From contig JBDRZD010000053.1 in the NCBI GenBank assembly GCA_039803745.1, positions 1 through 10,760 of the forward strand: a stretch of DNA of 10,760 nucleotides, in the 5' to 3' direction. Within the stretch, counting starts at the first letter, position 1; every line of letters starts with the position of its first letter. The notes below the pieces were generated by a model. It saw only the letters and a list, made by a program, of their open reading frames with translations, was not told where the DNA came from and made no database searches. This document shows, one piece after another, positions 1 through 7,009 of this stretch. The stretch is from a candidate division WOR-3 bacterium. GTDB taxonomy: Bacteria; Hydrothermota; Hydrothermia; Hydrothermales; Hydrothermaceae. Made by a program: the position numbers and the translations under genes.

Positions 1-2
1 AT

Positions 3-1430
3 AATAGGAGAGGGGTTGTTTATGCAGGTGCCAATGATGGAATGGTTCATGCATTCAATATTGGAAGATATGTGAGAACAGATGAAAGTGAATGTGAGGT
101 TGGATATATTGATCCAATGGGGATACCTATGGGTAAGGAAATGTGGGCATATATCCCGTTCAATCTTTTACCCCATTTAAAATGGCTAAAAGAAACAAAT
201 TATTGTCATGTATACTATGTTGATTTAAAACCATATCCAACAGATGCAAAGATATTTACTCCTGATGATATCCATGTAGGTGGATTTGGAACACTTTTAA
301 TTGGTTCTGCAAGACTTGGAGGAACTCCATATCAATTAGGAGGAAATATTTTATCTTCCTCATATTTCTGCATAGATATAACAAAGCCAGAAGAACCAAC
401 TCTTCTCTGGGAAAAGAATCTGCCCGATTATTCCTACACTGTTCCTTATCCAAATGTTGTTAAAGTAGGAGATAATTGGTTCTTAGTATGTGCATCAGGA
501 CCAAAAGATTGTGCAGGGTTTTCAAATCAGAATGCAAAAATTTATATACTTGATTTAAAAACAGGTAATCTTTTGAAAACATTTACAGTCCCTGAAGCAA
601 ACTCAGCGATCTCTGATATATTCTCAGTTGACCTCGGTCTTGATTACACTGTTGATTTAATCTATTTTGGAACATATTATTATACAGGAAATATAAACAA
701 TCCAGACTGGCAGGGAAATATTTACAGGATTAAAACGCATGGAAATGAAAATCCTTCTAACTGGGATTTAAGTCTTGTTATGAGTTTAAATAAGCCAATA
801 ACAGCAGCAGGTGGTGCAACACTTGATGAATACGGAAACCTATGGATATATTTTGGAACAGGAAGACTTTTCTATGATGGTGATGAGGGAGATTTAGAAA
901 GACAGGTATTTGTTGGAATAAAGGATGATACTGTTTCTACTTATACCTATACAGATTTATTCAATGTAACAAATGTTAAAGTTTATGAGGATAGTGTAAA
1001 AATAGGGAATACAAGATATACATGGGAACAGTTTGTTGATATGGTTAAAGCAAAAAAGGGATGGTATAGGGAGCTTTTAAATACCGGTGAAAGATGCTTA
1101 TACAGACCTCTTATCATAGGAGGAGCAGTGATATTCACAACATTTTCACCTGAAACAGGTGATATATGCGGATTTGGAGGAGGTGGTAAACTATACGCTC
1201 TATATTACTTAACAGGAACAGCATATAAACGACCGATTTTAGGGCTCACTCCATCAGGAGAAATTGCACCATTTGTTGAAGTAGGAGGTGGTATGCCATC
1301 AGAACCTGCAATGTGGATAGGAGCAAGTGAGGAAAAGGTATTTGTCCAGATTAAAGGTCAATTAAAAGACTTACAAACCTATTTACCCCTTAATCCAAGG
1401 GGTGGACTGATTCTTTGGAAAGGGAGGTGA
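3..1430 (+). CDS. pilY1: PilY1/PilC-family type IV pilus tip adhesin, C-terminal beta-propeller (5'-truncated by window edge)
   Basis: The frame is open from base 3 (NRRGVVYAGANDGMVHAFN), giving the PilY1 hallmark VYxGANDGMxHAF, so the ATG at 42 is internal. Other motifs: E-x-WAYIP, YYVD, LLWE, IYILDLKTG, VD-x-IYFG, WIYFGTG, KGWY, VIFTTF-x-P and DICGFGG-x-G-x-LYAL. Stop TGA at 1428-1430. Confidence 0.9.
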   Translation, partial: NRRGVVYAGANDGMVHAFNIGRYVRTDESECEVGYIDPMGIPMGKEMWAYIPFNLLPHLKWLKETNYCHVYYVDLKPYPTDAKIFTPDDIHVGGFGTLLIGSARLGGTPYQLGGNILSSSYFCIDITKPEEPTLLWEKNLPDYSYTVPYPNVVKVGDNWFLVCASGPKDCAGFSNQNAKIYILDLKTGNLLKTFTVPEANSAISDIFSVDLGLDYTVDLIYFGTYYYTGNINNPDWQGNIYRIKTHGNENPSNWDLSLVMSLNKPITAAGGATLDEYGNLWIYFGTGRLFYDGDEGDLERQVFVGIKDDTVSTYTYTDLFNVTNVKVYEDSVKIGNTRYTWEQFVDMVKAKKGWYRELLNTGERCLYRPLIIGGAVIFTTFSPETGDICGFGGGGKLYALYYLTGTAYKRPILGLTPSGEIAPFVEVGGGMPSEPAMWIGASEEKVFVQIKGQLKDLQTYLPLNPRGGLILWKGR

Positions 1431-1433
1431 AAG

Positions 1434-1832
1434 ATGAAAAAGATATTAGGAATTATCTTAATTTTAAGTGGTGTTATATTTTCAAAGGAAAACATAAAAC
1501 TTGAAGAGGGTGAATATATTTCAGGATTTTATGCAGTTGTTTATAAAATAGAAGGGAATAAACTCTATCTTGGTGAAAACGGAGAGATTACCCTAACAAA
1601 AAGCATAAATGATATTTTAATAGATACCCTTGAAAATAAGATAACCCTTAATAAAATTGAATATCCTGCACTTTTTGAAATTGAGGCGATTACAAGTGGA
1701 ATTCATGAAACTATCGAAGAAATCATCAAGAATATAAAGGAAGTATTGAGCCTGAAATATATAGGTGGAAAGGAAAAAGCAGAGGAATATATCAAATATT
1801 TAAAAGAACTTGAAAAACAATTTGAAAAATGA
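1434..1832 (+). CDS. Small exported hypothetical protein, positional analogue of PilY2
   Basis: GGAGG RBS in the end of pilY1; starts 3 bp after the pilY1 stop. Sec-type signal peptide MKKILGIILILSGVIFS, then a beta-rich core and a charged helical tail. Confidence 0.7.
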   Translation: MKKILGIILILSGVIFSKENIKLEEGEYISGFYAVVYKIEGNKLYLGENGEITLTKSINDILIDTLENKITLNKIEYPALFEIEAITSGIHETIEEIIKNIKEVLSLKYIGGKEKAEEYIKYLKELEKQFEK

Positions 1833-2710
1833 AAAAAATAGCATTTTTATTACTCCTTTTGATCTTGATTTCTTGTAAAAAAGAGGAGAAAAAGATAAAC
1901 CATCCGCCAGAAATAATCTCTGCAAAAATAGAGCCTGAAGATATAATGAAAAATATGAGGGCAGGGGTTTTTATAAAAGCAAATGATAAAGATAAAGATG
2001 ATATAATTTATAAAATAGAATGGTTTTTGAATGACGAAAAAGTTTTTGAAGGTAAAGAAATATCTCTTGAGAAATTTAAAAAGGGAGATTTGCTTTACGC
2101 AATTATAACTCCCTATGATGGTAAAGAATATGGAAAACCCTATAAAACAGCCCCTGCCCTCATAAAAAATTCTCCACCAAAAATAATTGAAGCAAAATTT
2201 TCACCTGATACAATCTTTACAACTACAGAAAAAATAGAAATAGTTGCTAAAGCAGAAGACCCTGATAATGATGAAATCTCTTATATAGTTGAATGGTATA
2301 TAAATGGAAAAATGCAGGAAGAAAAGAGGACGGTATTTAATCCCCCAAAATTAAAAGAGAATGACCTGCTTGAAGCAATTGTTTATGCCTATGACGGAGA
2401 AGAAAAATCAAAAAGTTTTTCAAGAATAAGTTATCTTGTTCAAAATAGCCCACCTTTTATAGAGGTTCCCAAAGAAGAATTAAAAATTCCATCATATCCT
2501 GAATTCACATATAAAATAAATGCTTATGATCCGGATGGTGATAAATTGAAATTTGAAATAATTTCTTCAAATATAAAAGAAATTCAAATTGACGAAAACG
2601 GAATTATTAAGGGAAAAATAGAAGAAAATGTTAAAAAAATAAATATAAAAATCAAAGTTATAGATACAAAAGGAAATTACAAAGAAAAGGAAATTATTTT
2701 CTCCCTTTAA
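1829..2710 (+). CDS. Lipoprotein with three Ig/cadherin-like repeats
   Basis: ATGA overlap with the upstream gene; lipobox LISC. Three ~90 aa units begin NHPPEI, NSPPKI and NSPPFI, each with an A-x-D-x-D-x-D-x-(I/L)-x-(Y/F) motif (DKDKDDIIY, DPDNDEISY, DPDGDKLKF). Confidence 0.85.
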   Translation: MKKIAFLLLLLILISCKKEEKKINHPPEIISAKIEPEDIMKNMRAGVFIKANDKDKDDIIYKIEWFLNDEKVFEGKEISLEKFKKGDLLYAIITPYDGKEYGKPYKTAPALIKNSPPKIIEAKFSPDTIFTTTEKIEIVAKAEDPDNDEISYIVEWYINGKMQEEKRTVFNPPKLKENDLLEAIVYAYDGEEKSKSFSRISYLVQNSPPFIEVPKEELKIPSYPEFTYKINAYDPDGDKLKFEIISSNIKEIQIDENGIIKGKIEENVKKINIKIKVIDTKGNYKEKEIIFSL

Positions 2711-2732
2711 ATTTTACTCGTCAGTAAAATTT
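2709..2732. repeat. Perfect 10-bp inverted repeat at a convergent gene junction (possible weak terminator or pause)
   Basis: AAATTTTACT-CGTC-AGTAAAATTT overlaps the two facing stop codons (2708-2710 and 2714-2716). The stem is AT-rich, so function is uncertain. Confidence 0.35.
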
Positions 2733-3280
2733 GCAAATACAACAGTTATATCAAATTCAGTTATAAAGAGTCTTCTTGTGTTGAGTTCATGAGCAAAAAC
2801 CTTATAATGTGCTCTTGTTTTTAAAGGTTGCGGGGAAGAAGATGGATTTCCCTGATGCATATCATAAATTGGTTTATAAGAGGCTTTAAGCCATGAAGGA
2901 ACAAGATCAATTTCTGCCTCTGTCCATCTTTTTGGAGGGAGAGTGACATTTACTTCAAAATGAAGTGAATCAATTACATGCCCGGTTTGGTAATGAGTAA
3001 ATCTTATTTTCCCATCCTTTTCATTATAAAAAGTTATAACAATACTATCAATTATGCACTCAGGATTAAATCCACCTATTGTATCAGGAAAATTGAAATA
3101 GAAAGATACAGGAAGTAAATCATAAGTAAAATAAACCTCTGCATCCTTCGCACATATTATATCTGAATTAAATGATGAATAAGCAGTGCTTACTAAAAGT
3201 GCATCTTTCTCCACAGAAGCAGACCTGCATCCTGCAAGAATACCTATCACACCCGCAAATATCAAAAATTTATACCTCAT
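2714..3280 (-). CDS. Uncharacterised lipoprotein, divergently transcribed from pilQ
   Basis: Strong AGGAGG RBS (CCTCCT at 3286-3291 on +); lipobox LAGC after MRYKFLIFAGVIGI. Beta-strand-rich mature part ending ITVVFANFTDE. Confidence 0.85.
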   Translation of the reverse strand: MRYKFLIFAGVIGILAGCRSASVEKDALLVSTAYSSFNSDIICAKDAEVYFTYDLLPVSFYFNFPDTIGGFNPECIIDSIVITFYNEKDGKIRFTHYQTGHVIDSLHFEVNVTLPPKRWTEAEIDLVPSWLKASYKPIYDMHQGNPSSSPQPLKTRAHYKVFAHELNTRRLFITEFDITVVFANFTDE

Positions 3281-3310
3281 AAAAACCTCCTTTAAAAAAC
3301 ACTTTACTCC

Positions 3311-3339
3311 TTGACAAATAAATTCATTTTGTATATAAT
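3311..3339 (+). promoter_or_regulatory. Consensus sigma70 promoter for pilQ and tRNA-Val
   Basis: TTGACA (3311-3316), 17 bp spacer, TATAAT (3334-3339). Confidence 0.85.
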
Positions 3340-3366
3340 TATAATGCTTAATTTTAAAAATGTCAA
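3338..3366 (-). promoter_or_regulatory. Consensus sigma70 promoter for the 2714-3280 lipoprotein
   Basis: On the minus strand: TTGACA (3366-3361, TGTCAA on +), 17 bp spacer, TATAAT (3343-3338, ATTATA on +). Confidence 0.85.
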
Positions 3367-3422
3367 GTAAACTTTTAAAAAATTTTAATAAATTATTTAA
3401 AATAAAACAAAAAGGAGGTTAT

Positions 3423-5048
3423 ATGAAAATAATAAAAAAGGTGGTTGTTTTAATAGGAATACCTCTCTCCCTGCTTCTATCTCAAATAAAGGATATAAAG
3501 GTTGAACCTGAAGGAAAAAACACAAAATTAATTTTATATTCTGAAACCCCTTTATCTTATACAATATTTTCAAGGGAAGTTCCTTCACAAATTCTTATTG
3601 ATGTTCAGGGAGTGAAAACAGAAATTTCTTCTGGAATTTATACTGTTTATGCAGGTGGAATTACAACAATTTCTATTGAACCTTTTGAAACAGGAAACTT
3701 TATAAGATTCGTAATAAACCTTGAAAAAACTTTTTCTTATAAAGATGAAAGAACAAATGGAAATATAGTTTTAACATTTTATGAAACAGGAGGAAATTTT
3801 AAAGCAGTTTCTCTTTCAGGGAGAGCACCAAGTGAAATAGAAGCACCACCACCTACAGTTCACGCACTTCCTGCTCCGCCACCTTCAAGAGGAATAAGAA
3901 TATCATTAAATCTTGAAAATGCAGATATCGTAACAGTTATAAAGGCAATTGCTGAGTATGTAGGACTTAATGTTGTTTTTGGAGAAGAAATAAAGGGAAA
4001 AGTAACTTTAAGAGCAGAAAATATTCCATGGGAACAGGCATTTGAACTTGCATTAAGAACAGTTGGTCTCTCCTATCTTTATGAAAATGGAGTTTATAGA
4101 ATTGCACCGCCTGAAAAAATAAGGGAAGAAGAAATAAAAAGGAAAAGGAGTGAAGAAGAAGCAAAACTACTTGAGCCTCAAATAACAAGGGTTTATGTTT
4201 TACAGTATGCAGTCGCAGATGAAGCAAAAAAGACTGTTCAAAAACTTTTAACAAGTAAAGGGCAGATTGAAGTTGATGAAAGAACAAATGCATTAATAAT
4301 CACTGATATAGGTGAAGTGCATGAAAAAGTTGCTTCACTTATAAAATCAATTGATACACCTGTATATCAGGTTGCAATTGATTCAAGAATACTTGAGATA
4401 AATAGAGGTGCACTTGACCAGATGGGAGTTCAATGGAATGTTAAGAATTTGAGGGGAACAGGAGTTGCAGGAGAAGTAACTGGTGGAGCATCTCCTGGTG
4501 CTATGCCAGGTGCACCAACATTATTTGGACAGGTAGGAATAATTTCAAGGGGAGCATTAATAGATAATGTTATATCAATGTATGAACAGAGAAAACTTGT
4601 AAAAACAATTTCAAATCCAAAAATAAGTGTTTTGAATAATCAAAAGGCAAGAATTCATGGTGGTTCAAGAATACCATATATTACAAGAGACCCTGCAGGT
4701 AATCCAATAGTTCAATTTGTTGATGTTGGTATAAGACTTGAAGTAACTCCTCATGTAAATGTAAACAAACAGATAACACTTGATATAAACACTGAAGTTT
4801 CAGAGCCTGGTGCACAACTTCCAGGAGGAATTGAAATTCTTACAAATTATGCAAATACAAGGGTTCTCTTAAATAATGGGGAAACTGCTGTTATTGGTGG
4901 GTTAATAAAATATAAAACTCAATCATCAAGGGAAGGTGTCCCATTTTTATCAAGGATACCACTCATAGGAAGGCTTTTTGGCGGAAATATTGCTGAAGAA
5001 AGTGAAAGAGAAATTGTAATATTCTTAACTCCTCATATTATAGAATAA
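3423..5048 (+). CDS. pilQ: Type IV pilus secretin PilQ (AMIN - Pro-rich linker - STN/N0 - N3 - secretin)
   Basis: Start re-called from 3360 to 3423 because AAAGGAGG lies at 3411-3418 and a signal peptide follows. Motifs ISLNLENADI, GKVTLRAENIPWEQA, VDERTNALIITD, QVAIDSRILE, SNPKISVLNNQKARI, VGIRLEVTPHV, NGETAVIGGL, GVPFLSRIPLIGRLF and EIVIFLTPHII. Confidence 0.95.
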   Translation: MKIIKKVVVLIGIPLSLLLSQIKDIKVEPEGKNTKLILYSETPLSYTIFSREVPSQILIDVQGVKTEISSGIYTVYAGGITTISIEPFETGNFIRFVINLEKTFSYKDERTNGNIVLTFYETGGNFKAVSLSGRAPSEIEAPPPTVHALPAPPPSRGIRISLNLENADIVTVIKAIAEYVGLNVVFGEEIKGKVTLRAENIPWEQAFELALRTVGLSYLYENGVYRIAPPEKIREEEIKRKRSEEEAKLLEPQITRVYVLQYAVADEAKKTVQKLLTSKGQIEVDERTNALIITDIGEVHEKVASLIKSIDTPVYQVAIDSRILEINRGALDQMGVQWNVKNLRGTGVAGEVTGGASPGAMPGAPTLFGQVGIISRGALIDNVISMYEQRKLVKTISNPKISVLNNQKARIHGGSRIPYITRDPAGNPIVQFVDVGIRLEVTPHVNVNKQITLDINTEVSEPGAQLPGGIEILTNYANTRVLLNNGETAVIGGLIKYKTQSSREGVPFLSRIPLIGRLFGGNIAEESEREIVIFLTPHIIE

Positions 5049-5121
5049 GGGCGGATAGCTCAGCGGCGAGAGCGCCTGCCTTACAAGCAGGAGGTCCCAG
5101 GTTCAATTCCTGGTCCGCCCA
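5049..5121 (+). tRNA. tRNA-Val (anticodon TAC), CCA not encoded
   Basis: Acceptor stem GGGCGGA/TCCGCCC with discriminator A5121; D arm GCTC/GAGC; anticodon stem CCTGC/GCAGG with loop CT-TAC-AA (TAC at 5082-5084); T arm CCAGG-TTCAATT-CCTGG. Confidence 0.97.
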
Positions 5122-5284
5122 TTTTCTCTCTAAACATCTCTTGAATTTTTATTGTTTTAGGGGGTAAAGATTTTCTAAGTAAATTACCTAAATAAAGCCA
5201 TTCTAACTTTCTTTCTATACTCCATTTTTTATATTCTTTTAAAGTTTTTTTACTTATAAAATAATAAAAACCCTTCTCCTTCAT
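5081..5284 (-). CDS. Small basic hypothetical protein coupled to the nucleotidyltransferase; C-terminus overlaps tRNA-Val antisense
   Basis: ATGA overlap with the upstream nucleotidyltransferase stop. Helical pattern EYKKWSIERKLEWL. The last 13 residues (MGGPGIEPGTSCL) are the antisense translation of the tRNA. Confidence 0.65.
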   Translation of the reverse strand: MKEKGFYYFISKKTLKEYKKWSIERKLEWLYLGNLLRKSLPPKTIKIQEMFREKMGGPGIEPGTSCL

Positions 5285-5769
5285 TTCATTTCAAGAATCC
5301 TTTTAAGATTATAAACATCAGCAAGATCCTGTTTCCTTTTTGATTTTGATTTTATATATATAAGGTCGTTTATATTTATAACAGGAAGTTTTTCACCATA
5401 AATTTCAAAAAAAACTATGTTTTTTTTTAATTTTGAATAAGGAATTGGAGAATCCAGAATTATATCAATTTCTGCAATTGGATATTTTTCATGATAAAAA
5501 TTTATTGCTTTAACATTTTTCTCTTTAATCCATTTCTTAATTTTTTTTATATCTGAGAGTTCCTGAGGAGAGACAGGAATTTTTAATTTATAACCCCATT
5601 TTATAAGTTCATCAACCAATTTTTTTATGTTATCTTTTTTCAAATTTATCATTATGTCAATATCATAAGTCATTCTCGGAACACCATGAAAATTAACAGC
5701 GAGTCCCCCTACAATTATATAGTCTATTTTAAGGTCATTAAATTTTTTAAAAATTTCATAATAATCCAT
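5281..5769 (-). CDS. Small pol-beta-fold nucleotidyltransferase (DUF6036/AbiEii-like superfamily)
   Basis: YIIVGGLAVNFHG-x-PR-x-T-x-DIDI catalytic signature, third acidic strand EIDII, and C-terminal DLI-x-x-K-x-x-x-x-R-x-QD-x-x-D motif. Confidence 0.88.
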   Translation of the reverse strand: MDYYEIFKKFNDLKIDYIIVGGLAVNFHGVPRMTYDIDIMINLKKDNIKKLVDELIKWGYKLKIPVSPQELSDIKKIKKWIKEKNVKAINFYHEKYPIAEIDIILDSPIPYSKLKKNIVFFEIYGEKLPVININDLIYIKSKSKRKQDLADVYNLKRILEMK

Positions 5770-5777
5770 TTAAAATC

Positions 5778-6965
5778 TCACCTCAAAGCCCTTTCAAAAT
5801 CCTCTATTATATCATCTATATCTTCAAGACCAACAGAGACCCTTATAAGACCAGGATCTATCCCTGCTTTTAAGAGTTCATCCTCTGTATAGGTTGAATG
5901 GGTCATTGAGGCAGGATGCTCAACAAGTGTTTCAACTGCTCCAAGTGATACTGCAAGTGTGCATATCCTTAAAGAATTTAAAAATTTAATTCCCTTTTCT
6001 TTACCACCTTTTATAATGAAAGAAAGCATACCTGAAAACCCGTTTTCCATTTGTTTTTTAGCAATCTTATGTCCTTCAAAATTTTTAAGACCCGGATAAA
6101 AAACTCTTTCAACATTTGGATGATTATTTAAAAATTCAGCAAGTTTCATTGCATTAGTGCTGTGCCTTTCCATTCTTAAATGAAGCGTCTTTATCCCCCT
6201 TAAAGTAAGCCAGGCATTGAATGGCGAGAGACAACCTCCTAAATGAGTAAGATAATGCTCCTTAATTGGCTGCACTATTTCTTTTCTTGAAATAACTATT
6301 CCACCTATTGCATCAGAATGTCCTGTTAAATACTTTGTCAATGAATGGATAACAACATCTGCTCCTTTCTCAATCGGCCTTTGATGATAAGGAGTTGCAA
6401 AAGTATTATCAATAACAAGTGGAATATTTTCTCTTTTGCATATTTTTGAAGTCTCCTCAATATCAAATATATCAAGGGTAGGGTTTGCAGGGGTTTCAAG
6501 ATAAACAAGTTTTGGTTTATATTTTTCTATTTTATCTTTAAGTTCATTTAGAAAATCTTTCGCCTTTATACCTATAAATTCTATACCAAGTTTTTCATTC
6601 AAGAGTTTGAAAAGGGCAAAAGTCCCTCCATAAATTGGCTCTGAATAAATAACCTTTTCATTTGGTTTCAAAAAATAAAGGATAACACCTGAAATTGCAG
6701 CCATACCAGATGAAAAGGCACAGGCACATTCACCCTTTTCCAGAAAAGCCATCCTCTCCTCTAAAATTTTAACTGTTGGATTGGAAAGCCTTGTGTATAT
6801 AAATCCCTCCTCTTCACCGGTAAAAAGTTTCCCTCCCTGTTCTGCATTTTCAAAGAAATATGTTGAAGACATATGAATAGGAGGAATTACGTCTCTCGTA
6901 TTAATTTCCCTGAAAGGTTTTGGTCCATGAATACATCCTGTAGAAAATCGCATATCATCATCCAT
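5778..6965 (-). CDS. PLP-dependent trans-sulfuration enzyme (methionine gamma-lyase / cystathionine gamma-lyase or synthase family)
   Basis: AGGAGG RBS (6971-6976). Motifs PPIHMSSTY, YTRLSNPT, FSSGMAAI, LETPANPT, IDNTFATP, HSLTKYLTGHSD (PLP lysine), AVSLG-x-x-ETLVEHPASMTH and LIRVSVGLE. Confidence 0.93.
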   Translation of the reverse strand: MDDDMRFSTGCIHGPKPFREINTRDVIPPIHMSSTYFFENAEQGGKLFTGEEEGFIYTRLSNPTVKILEERMAFLEKGECACAFSSGMAAISGVILYFLKPNEKVIYSEPIYGGTFALFKLLNEKLGIEFIGIKAKDFLNELKDKIEKYKPKLVYLETPANPTLDIFDIEETSKICKRENIPLVIDNTFATPYHQRPIEKGADVVIHSLTKYLTGHSDAIGGIVISRKEIVQPIKEHYLTHLGGCLSPFNAWLTLRGIKTLHLRMERHSTNAMKLAEFLNNHPNVERVFYPGLKNFEGHKIAKKQMENGFSGMLSFIIKGGKEKGIKFLNSLRICTLAVSLGAVETLVEHPASMTHSTYTEDELLKAGIDPGLIRVSVGLEDIDDIIEDFERALR

Positions 6966-7009
6966 AAAAACCTCCTTTTAAATCTATATAAATTATTAAG
7001 GAAAGCATA

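Noticed and set aside
256..453. 65 aa minus-strand ORF
   Set aside because: Antisense shadow inside pilY1, with no motif.
3284..3420. Invertible phase-variation switch bounded by the 10-bp inverted repeats
   Set aside because: The repeats are the two Shine-Dalgarno blocks, no recombinase is in view, and the enclosed promoter is symmetric, so inversion would change little.
3360..3422. Longer pilQ start at 3360
   Set aside because: No RBS, and it overlaps the minus-strand -35 box. The ATG at 3423 has an RBS and gives a proper signal peptide.
3397..4293. Minus-strand ORFs 3397-3588 and 3967-4293
   Set aside because: Antisense to pilQ, with the low-complexity L/F/Q composition typical of shadows.
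5100..5780. Intact integrative element at tRNA-Val
   Set aside because: No integrase and no duplicated tRNA 3' fragment seen in the window.
5686..5892. 68 aa plus-strand ORF
   Set aside because: Antisense to two well-supported genes.
3278..6978. 16-bp direct repeat CATAAAAACCTCCTTT at 3278-3293 and 6963-6978
   Set aside because: Both copies are RBS-spacer-ATG on the minus strand, so translation-initiation consensus explains them better than an att site or target duplication.
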